This document shows positions 29,179 through 39,556 of a DNA stretch of 64,000 bases, piece after piece. The stretch's first letter is position 1; the number at the start of each line of letters is the position of its first letter. Made by a program: the position numbers and the translations under genes. The notes below the pieces were generated by a model, which made no database searches, had not been told where the DNA came from, and worked only from the letters and a program-made list of their open reading frames with translations. Source of the DNA: Candidatus Tectimicrobiota bacterium (lineage in GTDB: Bacteria; JACPUC01); the NCBI GenBank assembly GCA_016192455.1, contig JACPUC010000008.1, forward strand, positions 62,001 to 126,000, in the 5' to 3' direction.

Positions 29179-29960
29179 TGTTGAAGGTCGAGGACTTGCG
29201 CACCCGCTACGGACACATCGAGGCCTTGCGCGGGGTCTCCCTCGAGGTGAAGGCCGGCGAGATCGTGACGCTGATCGGCGCCAACGGCGCGGGCAAGACG
29301 ACGCTCCTGAAGACCCTCTGCGGGGTGCTCTCGCCCGCCACCGGCCGCATCACCTACGCCGGGGAACGCCTCGAGCGCCGGCCGCCGGCGCAGCGGGTGC
29401 GCCGCGGGCTTGTCCTCGTCCCCGAGGGGCGCATGATCCTGCGCCGCATGACCGTGCATGAGAACCTCCTCATGGGGACCTACGCCCGATCGGACCTGCA
29501 CCGGGTGGCCGACGAGCTGGAAGAGGTCTACACCACGTTCCCGATCCTGCGCGAGCGCCGCCGTGCCTCGGCGAGCGTGCTCAGCGGCGGCGAGCAGCAG
29601 ATGCTCGCCATCGGCCGGGCGCTCATGGCCAAGCCCCGCCTCCTCATGCTCGACGAGCCGTCCCTGGGGCTGGCCCCCCTGGTGGTGAAAGAGATCTTCC
29701 GCATCATCGGCAGCCTGCGCCAGCAGCGGATCACCATCCTGCTCGTGGAGCAGAATGCCCTGCAGGCGTTGAAACTCGCCGACCGGGGCTACGTCATGGA
29801 GCTCGGCCGGATCGTCATGGCCGACACGGCGAAGGAGCTGTTGCACAGTGAGCGCCTCGGTGAGGCGTATCTTGGAGGGTCGCCCAAGGGGAGCCCAGCA
29901 ACGGAGAGCGCGCCGGCAGAGCCAAGCCTGGACGGACCAGCCGCCCGCGCCGGCGGCTGA
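29178..29960 (+). CDS. livF: ABC ATP-binding subunit (LivF-like)
   Basis: GANGAGKTT, LSGGEQQMLAIGRALM, LDEPSLGLAP. Confidence 0.92.
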   Translation: MLKVEDLRTRYGHIEALRGVSLEVKAGEIVTLIGANGAGKTTLLKTLCGVLSPATGRITYAGERLERRPPAQRVRRGLVLVPEGRMILRRMTVHENLLMGTYARSDLHRVADELEEVYTTFPILRERRRASASVLSGGEQQMLAIGRALMAKPRLLMLDEPSLGLAPLVVKEIFRIIGSLRQQRITILLVEQNALQALKLADRGYVMELGRIVMADTAKELLHSERLGEAYLGGSPKGSPATESAPAEPSLDGPAARAGG

Positions 29961-30028
29961 ACCACGGCCTCGGCCAGCGGGGCGCCGTCTCCACGGTGTG
30001 ACTCGTTTCTCTCTGGGAGGGTAGCAGC

Positions 30029-31294
30029 ATGGAAAGAGACGTGCATGAACCAGCAGGTGAACTGATCGGTGGGTCCACGCGCCGCGAGTTCTTCCAGCAG
30101 CTCGGCATTGCCGGCACCGGGCTGGTGGGGGCCATGGCCGTGCCGGGCGTGCTCGGCTGGGGCGCGCGCCGGGCCTACGCGCTGGCGGGGAGCGAGGTGC
30201 GCCTCGGGGTGGCGCAGCCGGTGACGGGCGTCTTCGCAACTTGGGCGCAGAAACACGCCGTCGCCATGGAGATGTTGGCTGAGAAGGTAAATGCCAGCGG
30301 GGGCGTTGGCGGCGTGCCGGTGAAGTTCATCTGGGAAGACACCGGCAGCAACCCAACCGGCGCCGCGAACGCCGTGCGCAAGCTGGCCAGTGAACACAAC
30401 GTGCTCGCCATCGTGGGGCCGCTCTCGAGCTCCGAGTGCGAGGTGGCCTTCCCGGTGGGGAACCGCATCGGCATCGTCATGTGCGCCCAGGCCTCCTCGA
30501 AGCCGGGGGTCTCGAAGGCCAACCGGCCGTATGCCTTCCGCAACACCATGGACGAAGCGAAGCTGGCGAAGGCCTGCCTGCCGATCTTCGCCAAGGAGAT
30601 GAAGGTCAGCAAGGTGGCGGTGGTGCACGACGCCAAGGACGCAGTGAGCCTATCGCTCGGCACGATGGTCCTCCCCACCGTGGCGAAGGCGGTGGGGCTG
30701 CAGATTGTCAATCCTGACAAGTACGTCACCTTCACCACCGGCGACTTCGACTTCAAGGCCCAGGTGACGCGGATGAAGCAGATGGAGTTTGACGGCATCC
30801 TCTTCGGCGGTCTGTACGCCGACTGCGTCGCCTTCGCCAAGGAGCTGCGCCGGCAAGGGATGAAGCAACCGATCACCGGCGGCAGCCCGCTCATCCATCC
30901 CGACCTGCCGAAAGCGGAAGGCGGCGTCGCCGACAACACCTATGCCCCCTGCACCTTCTGGTCAGACATGCCGGGCGCGGAGGTCGAGGCGTTCGTGAAG
31001 GAGTTCGAGCGCCGCGCCGCGGGAAAGGCGACCTTGAAGACGAAGTCGCCCGATATGTACGACGTGAACATGTACGACATCGGGCAGCTCTTCATCCAGA
31101 TCATCAAGACAGGCGGCGTGACGAACAAGCCGGAGGACCTGAAGGCGGACCGCACGAAGATCATGGAAGGGATGACGAAGACGACGGCCTTCCCCGGCCT
31201 GGCCGGCAAGTTCGGCTTTGACAAGGATGGCGACGGCGTGAAACCGATTTACACCGTCAAGGCGCAGGGAGGGAAGTGGGTGAAGGCTGGCTAG
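30029..31294 (+). CDS. ABC substrate-binding protein (LivK-like) with twin-arginine signal
   Basis: STRREFFQQL Tat motif; IVGPLSS, DFKAQVT, FDKDGD. Confidence 0.88.
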   Translation: MERDVHEPAGELIGGSTRREFFQQLGIAGTGLVGAMAVPGVLGWGARRAYALAGSEVRLGVAQPVTGVFATWAQKHAVAMEMLAEKVNASGGVGGVPVKFIWEDTGSNPTGAANAVRKLASEHNVLAIVGPLSSSECEVAFPVGNRIGIVMCAQASSKPGVSKANRPYAFRNTMDEAKLAKACLPIFAKEMKVSKVAVVHDAKDAVSLSLGTMVLPTVAKAVGLQIVNPDKYVTFTTGDFDFKAQVTRMKQMEFDGILFGGLYADCVAFAKELRRQGMKQPITGGSPLIHPDLPKAEGGVADNTYAPCTFWSDMPGAEVEAFVKEFERRAAGKATLKTKSPDMYDVNMYDIGQLFIQIIKTGGVTNKPEDLKADRTKIMEGMTKTTAFPGLAGKFGFDKDGDGVKPIYTVKAQGGKWVKAG

Positions 31295-31512
31295 GGCAGG
31301 CGCCACGGCCCGTGCAGCCAGGTACGAGACAGGTGCCGCGAGCTTCCCCCCGGCTGCGCGGAAGCTTGCGGCACGCCTCGGTGAGCAACCCCCCACCCCG
31401 TGACGACCGCACCACCGCCGCCGTCACCCCCGCCTGTTCACCCTGCCGTTCGGCCGCCGGGCCGCGGCGGATGCCGCAGCCGCAAGCCCTCGTCCCTCTC
31501 GGTGCCCGTGGC

Positions 31513-32253
31513 ATGATCAGCCCGTGCTCTTACTACATCGAGCGCCGCCGCTTCAGGCCGGGGCCGCCTCCTACCCTCCCCCAGCCCCAGCTCAGCCCGC
31601 GGCTGTTGCGCCTCATCCACGCCGAGCCGCTGGCGACCGCGGCCGTCCTCGACCTCGGCTGCGGCACGGGAAGGCTGGCGCTGGCGCTGGCGCCCCACGC
31701 CGCCTGGGTATGCGGCGCGGACTGGTCGGAAGCCGCCGTGCTGGCGGCGCGTCGGCAGGCCGCGGCAGCGGGGCTGACGAACTGCGAGTTCCGAATCGCT
31801 GATGCCGAGGCCATTGACTACGACGCCCTCCTGCCCGCCGCGGGCGCCTTCCCGCGCTGGGACCTGATCGTTGCCCATCTCTGCATGGCGGATGCGATGA
31901 TCGAGCGCGCGGCCCAGGCGCTTGCCGCCGGCCACTGCCTCTGCTTCGTGGCCTTCCATGGGGACCAGTGGTCGGAAACGGGCCGCCGCTCGCGCTTTGC
32001 CTACGACGAGGAGCAGCTTGCCCAGGTCCTCGCGGCGGCTGGCTTCCGTGTTGAGTTCCTGGGGGTCGAGCAGGAGATCGTCAGCTTTGAGAGCGCCGAG
32101 ATCGCCTTCTCGCACTACTTCACGGCCGGCGACCTCGTGCAGCGCTGGCAGGAGGACGGGCGCCTGGAGGGCCTGCGGAGCTACTTCGCCGCCGGCGGTC
32201 GCACCTTCACCGCCAAGAGCCACGTGATCGTGAAGGCGCGGCGCGTGGCGTAG
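31513..32253 (+). CDS. Class I SAM-dependent methyltransferase
   Basis: VLDLGCGTG motif I; start uncertain. Confidence 0.85.
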   Translation: MISPCSYYIERRRFRPGPPPTLPQPQLSPRLLRLIHAEPLATAAVLDLGCGTGRLALALAPHAAWVCGADWSEAAVLAARRQAAAAGLTNCEFRIADAEAIDYDALLPAAGAFPRWDLIVAHLCMADAMIERAAQALAAGHCLCFVAFHGDQWSETGRRSRFAYDEEQLAQVLAAAGFRVEFLGVEQEIVSFESAEIAFSHYFTAGDLVQRWQEDGRLEGLRSYFAAGGRTFTAKSHVIVKARRVA

Positions 32254-32386
32254 CGTCGGCCCGTGAGCCATGGCTGCGCAGCTTCCCCCGCTCTGCCCTG
32301 GGCCCTCTCGGCCAGTGAACGCCTTTCTCAGCCGCGGCGGCGCACCCCCGCTCCACGTCAGGGCGCCGCCGGGCAGGAGAGTCCCC

Positions 32387-32860
32387 ATGAGCCGCAAACT
32401 TGGCAACACCTTGCCCGATGATCTCTTCGAGCGCCTGCGGCCCCAGCAGACCGAGGCCAAGCTCACCAAGGTCCTCCCTCTGTGCAGCCTGGACGAGGCG
32501 GGATTTCCCCACTTCTGCCTGCTGTCGCACCGCGAGCTGGCGGCGAAGGACCGCCGCAGCCTGCGTCTGGCCACCTACGCCGGCTCCTCCACCACGAAGA
32601 ACCTGCAGCGCGGCGGCAAGGCGACCCTCATGGTGCTGGACGAGGAGATGTCCTACTACATCAAGCTCAACGTGCGGCAGATCAAGGCAACGATGCAGAC
32701 CGCGCCGGGGCTCAGCATGTTTCACCTCGAGGTGGAGCAGGTGATCGAAGACAGGGAGCCGCAGAACCCGATCACCAGCGGCGTCACCTTCCTCAACCGC
32801 GACCCCAAAGGCTTTGTCGATTTCGCCGCGAAGACTTTCGCAGAGCTGCTCGAGGATTGA
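32387..32860 (+). CDS. Pyridoxamine-5'-phosphate oxidase-like split-barrel flavin-binding protein
   Basis: LCSLDEAGFPH, SSTTKNLQRGGKATL; RBS AGGAG. Confidence 0.75.
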   Translation: MSRKLGNTLPDDLFERLRPQQTEAKLTKVLPLCSLDEAGFPHFCLLSHRELAAKDRRSLRLATYAGSSTTKNLQRGGKATLMVLDEEMSYYIKLNVRQIKATMQTAPGLSMFHLEVEQVIEDREPQNPITSGVTFLNRDPKGFVDFAAKTFAELLED

Positions 32861-32863
32861 GGC

Positions 32864-34102
32864 ATGGCGTTCGAGAAGGCGCAGCGCGACGCCGTGGAGC
32901 GCGTCAGCCCGCAGCGGGCGGTGGGGCTCACCAGCGAGCTTGTGCGCCTCGACAGCCACAACCCGCCGGGGCGCGAGCTGGCCGCCGCCCGCCACCTCGG
33001 CGAGCGGCTGGACGCCCTGGGCCTGGAGGTGGAGATCATCCCGCACGGCACGGGCGCGGCCGGTGCCGGGGAGGATCAAGGCAGCAGCGATCGCGCCACC
33101 CTCCTTGCCCGCCTGCGCGGCGGCGGCGAGCAGCCCGCCCTGGTGTTCGCCGGCCACCTCGACACCGTCCCCCCCGGCGCCTCGGCCTGGGAACGCCCCG
33201 TCACCTCCGGGGAGGTTGCCGAGGGCTGCGTCTGGGGACTGGGCGCGACGGACATGAAGTCGGGCCTTGGCGCCATGGTGGAGGCGGTGCGCGCCATCAA
33301 GGAGTCGGGCCTGCCGCGCCGGGGCGACCTCCTCCTCGTGGCCACGGCGGGCGAGGAGGTGGACAGCCTCGGGGCCAAGGAGCTCGTCCGCCGGGGGTTG
33401 CTTGCTGATCCCGGCTTCTTCGTCATCGGCGAGCCGACCGAGAACGGCATCGTCACCGCCGAGAAGGGGGTGCTCTGGCTGCGCCTCCGCACCGTCGGCA
33501 GAACGGCGCACGGCTCGCTGCCGCACCTGGGCGTCAACGCCATTGTGAAGATGGGCAAGGTTATCGAGGCGCTCCAGGCGCTGCGCCTGCCGCATCATCC
33601 CCACCCGCTGCTGGGCGGCTGCACCCTCAACATCGGCACCATCAGCGGCGGGGTGAAGACGAACATCGTCCCGGACGCCTGCGAGATTTCCCTCGACGTG
33701 CGCACCGTCATTGGCCAGAGCAACGAGGCCGTCATCGCCGCCATCCAGGCTGCCATCGAGCAGCTCCGCGGCGGGGATGCCGAGCTCGCCGCCGAGGTGG
33801 AGCTGATCATCGACCGTCCCCCCGTGGAGGTCTCGCCGCAGGCGGCCGCCGTGCAGCAGTTCATGGCGGCGCACGCGGAGATCACGCGGCGCCGCGAGCA
33901 GGCACAGGGGGCGACGTTCGCCACTGACGCCTCGGTCTTCATTCCCGCCACCAAGGCGCCGATGGTCATCTGCGGGCCGGGCCTGCCGTCGAAGGCCCAC
34001 ACGCCGAACGAGTACGTCCAGATCGAGCGCCTGGTCGAGGCGGCGCGCATCTATACCCTCGCCGGGGCGCGCTACCTGGCGGGCGCTCCCGCAGGGCGGT
34101 AA
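32864..34102 (+). CDS. M20 family metallohydrolase (ArgE/DapE-like)
   Basis: GHLDTVP, GATDMKSG, GEEV, GEPT, AHGS, AHTPNE. Confidence 0.92.
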   Translation: MAFEKAQRDAVERVSPQRAVGLTSELVRLDSHNPPGRELAAARHLGERLDALGLEVEIIPHGTGAAGAGEDQGSSDRATLLARLRGGGEQPALVFAGHLDTVPPGASAWERPVTSGEVAEGCVWGLGATDMKSGLGAMVEAVRAIKESGLPRRGDLLLVATAGEEVDSLGAKELVRRGLLADPGFFVIGEPTENGIVTAEKGVLWLRLRTVGRTAHGSLPHLGVNAIVKMGKVIEALQALRLPHHPHPLLGGCTLNIGTISGGVKTNIVPDACEISLDVRTVIGQSNEAVIAAIQAAIEQLRGGDAELAAEVELIIDRPPVEVSPQAAAVQQFMAAHAEITRRREQAQGATFATDASVFIPATKAPMVICGPGLPSKAHTPNEYVQIERLVEAARIYTLAGARYLAGAPAGR

Positions 34103-34368
34103 AGGCGAGCGGAAAGCGCCGGCGGATGCGCCGCACCCCTGCTCTTCTTGACAGTGGTCCATGCGGGGCGCGGTGACGTCGTGCGACAAGGCGTACTATG
34201 GTATGATCCCGGCGCGCGGCATTTCGCCCTCGAAGCCGCGCCCCAGCAGCGAAAGGCAGGCGTTTGCGGTGCGGGGGATCGTCGCTCCCGTCATTGAACC
34301 GCGGTTCACCCAGGGCCGCGGCAGGAGCGGAACGGGGGCAGGTGGCAGCAGCAGAGGGAGGCGGGAGC

Positions 34369-36009
34369 ATGGTCGCGGCCCCATTCTTCGGCACCACGGG
34401 GACGTGTCTGCGCGAGCTGGCGCAGCGCTGGCCCGACAAGCCCGCGCTGCTGGCGGACGAGCGCCGGCTCACCTTCGCCGAATACGATGCGGAGGCCAAT
34501 CGCCTGGCGCACTACCTGCGCGACGCGGGCATCCGGAAAGGCGACAATGTCGGGTTGGTGCTCGTCAACTGCCCCGAGCTGGCGACGGCGCTCGTCGCCC
34601 TCCACAAGGTCGGTGCGGTGGCCTGCCTGTGGAACTTCCGGCTGGCCAGCGGCGATATCGGCTACCTGGTGCGGAAGAGCCAGGCGCCGTTGGTGATCTT
34701 CAACGCCGACTTCCAGGCCACGGTGCTGGCTGCCGGCGCCCTTGCCGGCGTGCGGCCGCGCTACCTCTGCGTCGAAACGGCAGACGCCGCGGGCCAGGTG
34801 GAGCACCTCGCCGGCGCGCTTGCCGGGGCGCCCGCGCACGAGCCGCCGGACGCCGCGCCCCAGGCCGACGACCCCTGCACGGTCATCTACACCTCCGGCA
34901 CCACCGGGCGACCGAAGGGGGCGGCCTTTACCCATACGAGCCAGGCGTTGTCGGCCCTCCAGTACAGCCTGGAGATGGGGCTGGACCGTGGGCACGTGGG
35001 GCTGAGCGCCGCGCCGATCATCCATGGCGCCGCGACGAACTTCTTCGCCGCCTTCCACTTCCTCGGCGCCACCCAGGTCCTCTGCGGGCGCTACGAGGCC
35101 GGCAAGGTGCTGCGCCAGATCACCGAGCATCGCGTCACCGAGCTGATGGCGGTGCCCACCCAGATGGAAGAGCTCGCCCGCCTCGGCGCCGCCCAGGGCG
35201 GCAACGCCACGCCGACGCTCCGCCTCATCCGCAGCGGCGGCTCGCGCCTCACCCCCGGGGTGGTGGAGCGCGTCAAGGCCGCCCTCGGCAGCGACATCCT
35301 GAACACCTACGGCATGACCGAGAACTGCTCCAACACCACCGCCTTCTCGACGGCCATCGATCCCCCGGAGAAGTACGCCAGCATCGGCAAGGCGACGCAC
35401 TTCTGGGAGCTGCGGGTGGTGACCGACGATCGCGAACGCGAGGTGAGCCCCGACGAGGTGATCACGCCGCCCGGCCGGGGACAGCTCATCGTGCGCGGCA
35501 AGCAGAACGTCAGCGGCTACTACCTGGCTCCGGAGGAGCCCTTGCGCCTGCGCGACGGCTGGCTCTACACGCGGGACATCGTCGAGGTGGACGACGACGG
35601 CTACCTGCTCCTCGTCGACCGCATCGACAACATCATCATCTCCGGCGGCATCAACATTTACCCGCAGGAAGTCGAGCAGGTGCTCCTCGATCATCCGAAG
35701 GTGCGCGAAGCCGCCGTCATCGGAGTGCCCGACCCGAAGTGGGACGAAGCCGTCGCCGCCATCATCGTGCCCAAGGACGCCGCCCTGAGCGCCGCGGAGC
35801 TCGACGCCTACTGCCGCTGTCATGAGGGCCTGGCGAACTTCAAGCGGCCGCGCCATTTCGTCTTCGTTGAGACGCTGCCGCGCAATGTCCTCGGCAAAGT
35901 CGAGCGGGAGAGGCTGAAGAAGGAGTACACCGGCCTCGCCGGCGCGCAGGCCGCCGCGGCCACCGCCGGGCCCCCCGCCGCGGCGAAGCCGTCGCGCCCC
36001 ACGGGGTGA
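34369..36009 (+). CDS. Class I adenylate-forming enzyme (acyl/aryl-CoA ligase)
   Basis: YTSGTTGRPKG, TYGMTE, IISGGINIYP, LGKV. Confidence 0.92.
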   Translation: MVAAPFFGTTGTCLRELAQRWPDKPALLADERRLTFAEYDAEANRLAHYLRDAGIRKGDNVGLVLVNCPELATALVALHKVGAVACLWNFRLASGDIGYLVRKSQAPLVIFNADFQATVLAAGALAGVRPRYLCVETADAAGQVEHLAGALAGAPAHEPPDAAPQADDPCTVIYTSGTTGRPKGAAFTHTSQALSALQYSLEMGLDRGHVGLSAAPIIHGAATNFFAAFHFLGATQVLCGRYEAGKVLRQITEHRVTELMAVPTQMEELARLGAAQGGNATPTLRLIRSGGSRLTPGVVERVKAALGSDILNTYGMTENCSNTTAFSTAIDPPEKYASIGKATHFWELRVVTDDREREVSPDEVITPPGRGQLIVRGKQNVSGYYLAPEEPLRLRDGWLYTRDIVEVDDDGYLLLVDRIDNIIISGGINIYPQEVEQVLLDHPKVREAAVIGVPDPKWDEAVAAIIVPKDAALSAAELDAYCRCHEGLANFKRPRHFVFVETLPRNVLGKVERERLKKEYTGLAGAQAAAATAGPPAAAKPSRPTG

Positions 36010-36115
36010 GGCGCGGTGCTCGGGCGGCGCCAAGCTGGTCATCGCTCCTCCAACCGTGTCGTTTGAGGTTCTCCAGTCACACTTCGGAAGCAGGAGGAGA
36101 AGGGAGGAACGTTCC

Positions 36116-37399
36116 ATGAGCGGAAACGGGTCGAACGGCTTCTGGCCTACCTTGTCGCTGGCTGAACGCGATCGGCGCTGGAAAGCCGTGCGAGCGGAGA
36201 TGGTCGCCCAGGGCATCGATTGCCTCGTCGTTTCAGGGGACCAGGGGAACTGGGGCGGGAACATGGCCAATCCCCGCTACCTCACGGGCATTGGCGACCG
36301 CGGCTTCGCCATCTTCCCGAAGGAAGGCGAGCCGGCGCTCCTCACCTGGTGGATCGGCCCCTACAAGATTCGCCAGCGCACCCATACCGATGCGTTGACG
36401 AAGACGATCCTGGCCAAGGCCAAGAAGCGCCAGAAGCTCCCCAACCCGTGGCGGCTCGAGGCGCCGTGGATCAGGGACCTGCGCCAGGCGGGACCCCTCT
36501 GGTCGAAGCAGATCATCCGCACCATCAAGGATTTCGGCTACGAGCGCGGCACCATCGGCATGGTCGGAACGAGCCAGGACTGGGAACCGGAGGGTCTCTT
36601 CCCTTACACGACACTGCAGAACCTGCGCAAGGGGCTGCCCCGCGCCACCATCGTCGAGGACGTCACCTGGATCATCGAGAAGCAGCGCCTGCGCAAGAGC
36701 CCCGAGGAGATCGCCTGCCACCAGAAGGCCGCCGACATCGCCGACGTGGGCATCGAAACGATCAAGGAGGTGGCGCGCGCCGGGGTGAGCGAGCTGAAGG
36801 TCTACTCCGCCATTGTGCAGCGCATGCTGGAGGCCGGCTCCGAGCGCTACCTGATGATCTTCTGGGAGAGCGGCCCCACGCCCACCCATGTCGCCCTCTA
36901 CCAGCCCCTCGATCGGCCGCTCCTGAAGGGCGACCTCATCTGCGATGAGATCACGCCGCGCTACGCCGGCTACGTCGCCCATCCGCACCAGCCAGTCTGC
37001 GTCGGCAAGCCGATGAAAGAGTACCAGCAGATGTTCGAGCTGCTGAAGGGGGCCTTCCTGAAGGCGATGGAGACGCTGAAGCCCGGCGTCACGGTGGGGA
37101 AGATCGAGGACCTCCTCACGGTGCCGCTGCGGGAGAAGGGCTACAGCTACGTGCACTGCCCCTTCCACGGCCTGGGGCTGTCGGGCCTGGAGCAGCCGAC
37201 GGCGCGCTTCGGCAGCCATGCCCCCATGGTCCCCTCGCCGCGCCGCCTGAAGTTCGAGGAAGGAATGGTCATCGCCCTGGAGCCGATGATCTCCACCGGC
37301 GATCAGAAGATCGGCATCCCGCTGGGGGACACCGTGGTGGTCACCGCCGACGGCTGCCGCGGCATGAGCCGCTATGCGCGGGACATCATCATCGTGTAG
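36116..37399 (+). CDS. M24 (pita-bread fold) Xaa-Pro peptidase/creatinase-like hydrolase
   Basis: RLRKSPEEI, FHGLGL, GMVIALEP, DTVVVTADG. Confidence 0.85.
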   Translation: MSGNGSNGFWPTLSLAERDRRWKAVRAEMVAQGIDCLVVSGDQGNWGGNMANPRYLTGIGDRGFAIFPKEGEPALLTWWIGPYKIRQRTHTDALTKTILAKAKKRQKLPNPWRLEAPWIRDLRQAGPLWSKQIIRTIKDFGYERGTIGMVGTSQDWEPEGLFPYTTLQNLRKGLPRATIVEDVTWIIEKQRLRKSPEEIACHQKAADIADVGIETIKEVARAGVSELKVYSAIVQRMLEAGSERYLMIFWESGPTPTHVALYQPLDRPLLKGDLICDEITPRYAGYVAHPHQPVCVGKPMKEYQQMFELLKGAFLKAMETLKPGVTVGKIEDLLTVPLREKGYSYVHCPFHGLGLSGLEQPTARFGSHAPMVPSPRRLKFEEGMVIALEPMISTGDQKIGIPLGDTVVVTADGCRGMSRYARDIIIV

Positions 37400-37488
37400 G
37401 CGGCATCAGGCGGCGCTGCGAGAGAGCACGGTCCCCCCGGCGGCACGGCGGAGCGGCGCCGCTCGCCGCATGGAGCCGGGGGTGGGCG

Positions 37489-38550
37489 CTAGGCGTAGCG
37501 GCCGTATTCGCGGCAGGCTTCGACCATCGCCAGGATATTCTCCCGCGGGGTCGGCGGCGGCACCTCGCAGCCGCACATGAGCACGAAGCCACGCGCGCTC
37601 TTCATCCCTTGCTCGATGGCGATCCTGCTGAGCTCCTTGACGCGCTCCGGGGTACCCTGCATCACCTCGGCGGTGTCGAGGTTGCCGGCCAGGATGTTGC
37701 GCTCGCCGAGCAGGCGCACGGCGGTCGGCAGACTCGTCTGCGAGCCGAGGCTCAGGAAGCCGGGCTTGCCGAAGTCCACCTTCGCCCAGCGCGGCAGGTT
37801 GAGGTTATGGTCCCCGCAGAGGTGGGCGGAGATGGAGCGCACCCCCATGGCCCGCACGGCGTCGGCGACCTGCTGCGCGTAGGGGAGCGAGAACTCCTCG
37901 AACTGTTCGCCGGAGATGAGCATGTTCGAGTCCATCGTTGATCCGAAGGCCGCCATCAGGCTGCCGGCGCCGAACTCCCCCGCGAAGAGCTCCACGACGC
38001 GGATGCAGAACTCGGCGATTTTCTTCAAGGCCGCGTGCACGAGGTCGGGGGTGTCGATGAGCCAGAGCATGAGGTTCTCCACCCCCATGGCGTTGCCGGC
38101 CACCGTGAACGGCGTGCCGCACTGCACCGAGATGCCGGTCTTGTTCTTGCGGCAGAGATGGGCAAACTCGAGCATCATCGGGATGGTGCCGGCGGTGCGA
38201 GGGTCCGGCACCTTTAGCCGCTCCACCTTCTCCAGCGTGTCGAGCCCCGGCTTCATGACCATCGGCGCCTGCAGGCGCTCATCCTCCGGGTTCATCACCT
38301 CGCCGCCGAACTCGCCGCCGCCGAACGAGGCAAAGCCGTAGTTGGGGCTGCCCTCGTACCCAAGCATCTGCGCCGCCCGCGCCTGGCCCGCGTAGCAGGC
38401 CTCGGCAGCGGTGTAGAAGTCCTTGATGCTGATGCCGGCCACCTTCGCCGCGAAGGCCATGGCGAAGGGGACGCACGGCACGCGGTCGAGCGGCTCGCCC
38501 AGAAAGAGGGCGCGCATACGCTGCCGGGATGTCAGACGATCTTCTGTCAT
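37489..38550 (-). CDS. Uroporphyrinogen decarboxylase-fold methyltransferase (MtaA/CmuA-like)
   Basis: DRVPCVP, HLCG and MCGCEV Zn ligands, ILAGNLD, ENILAM. Confidence 0.85.
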   Translation of the reverse strand: MTEDRLTSRQRMRALFLGEPLDRVPCVPFAMAFAAKVAGISIKDFYTAAEACYAGQARAAQMLGYEGSPNYGFASFGGGEFGGEVMNPEDERLQAPMVMKPGLDTLEKVERLKVPDPRTAGTIPMMLEFAHLCRKNKTGISVQCGTPFTVAGNAMGVENLMLWLIDTPDLVHAALKKIAEFCIRVVELFAGEFGAGSLMAAFGSTMDSNMLISGEQFEEFSLPYAQQVADAVRAMGVRSISAHLCGDHNLNLPRWAKVDFGKPGFLSLGSQTSLPTAVRLLGERNILAGNLDTAEVMQGTPERVKELSRIAIEQGMKSARGFVLMCGCEVPPPTPRENILAMVEACREYGRYA

Positions 38551-38799
38551 ACGCTCTCTCCACCTCGGGGGGCCTCCCCTCGGCTCGAACCAGAATGGCT
38601 GGCACACTCCCTGATTGGTCCACTTGCTTCTCGCGCCAGCGCGCGCGCCCGGAAGACTCTGGAGCCGACGCCGTGGCGCGCGCCTGGACCGCTTGCCTTC
38701 ACCGTAGCGCATCGGCAGGCCAGAGGCAAGCGCTGGGCGCGAGCGCGAGGTCCTTCGGTCGAGGGAGCGCGGTGCCGCCGGCGGCGCCGCAGACAGCCC

Positions 38800-38828
38800 T
38801 TGCTTTTCAGAACCAGCGCGCCTATCAT
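38800..38828 (+). promoter_or_regulatory. Putative sigma70 promoter of corrinoid protein gene
   Basis: TTGCTT-17 nt-TATCAT. Confidence 0.45.
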
Positions 38829-38872
38829 GTGATAGTTCCGTCTCGCCCCGACCACGTTTTTGGAGACCCTCC

Positions 38873-39556
38873 ATGCAGTCGCCCTCCGCGCAGTCAATTG
38901 AAGAGATCTACAAGGAGATCGCCCAGCACGTCATCCTCGGTCGCCAGAAGGAGTGCTACGACTGCACCCAGCTTGTGATCTCCATGGGTGCGGCGCCCAA
39001 ATCCGTCATCAATGACGCCCTCATCGCGGGGATGACCGTGGTCGGGATCAAGTTCCGCGACGGTGAGTACTTCGTGCCCCAGGTGCTGCTGTCGGCGCGC
39101 GCCATGCAGCACGCCCTGGAGATCATCCGCCCCCTCCTGAAGGAGACCGACGCGGAAAAACCCGGCACCGTGGTCCTCGGCGTGGTGCGGGGCGACATCC
39201 ACAACATCGGCAAGAGCCTCGTCGGCATGATGACGGAGGGCGCCGGCTTCACGGTCGTGGACCTGGGCGTGAATGTTCCGGAGGAGAAGTTCGTGCGCGC
39301 CATCGAAGAGCACAAGCCGCAGGTCCTCGGCATGTCGGCGCTCATGACCACCACGATGATCGGCATGCGCGAGACCATCCAGGCGGTGACCGATGCCGGC
39401 TACCGCGAGCAGGTGCGCATCATGGTCGGCGGGGCGCCCGTGAACCAGCGCTTCGCGAACGAGATCGGCGCCGACGGCTACGCGCCCGACGCCACCGGCG
39501 CCGTGGGGCTGGTGAAGGGCTTCATGAAGGAGATGCGGGTGGGCGCGGTGTCGTAA
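38873..39556 (+). CDS. Corrinoid (B12-binding) methyl-carrier protein
   Basis: EYFVPQVL cap domain, GDIHNIGK (DxHxxG), MSALMTTT, MVGGAP. Confidence 0.93.
   Translation: MQSPSAQSIEEIYKEIAQHVILGRQKECYDCTQLVISMGAAPKSVINDALIAGMTVVGIKFRDGEYFVPQVLLSARAMQHALEIIRPLLKETDAEKPGTVVLGVVRGDIHNIGKSLVGMMTEGAGFTVVDLGVNVPEEKFVRAIEEHKPQVLGMSALMTTTMIGMRETIQAVTDAGYREQVRIMVGGAPVNQRFANEIGADGYAPDATGAVGLVKGFMKEMRVGAVS

Noticed and set aside
37489-39556. Pyrrolysine (TAG) read-through in the corrinoid methyltransferase genes
   Set aside because: Both ORFs are full length with normal C-termini; no MttB/MtmB/MtbB-like gene seen.
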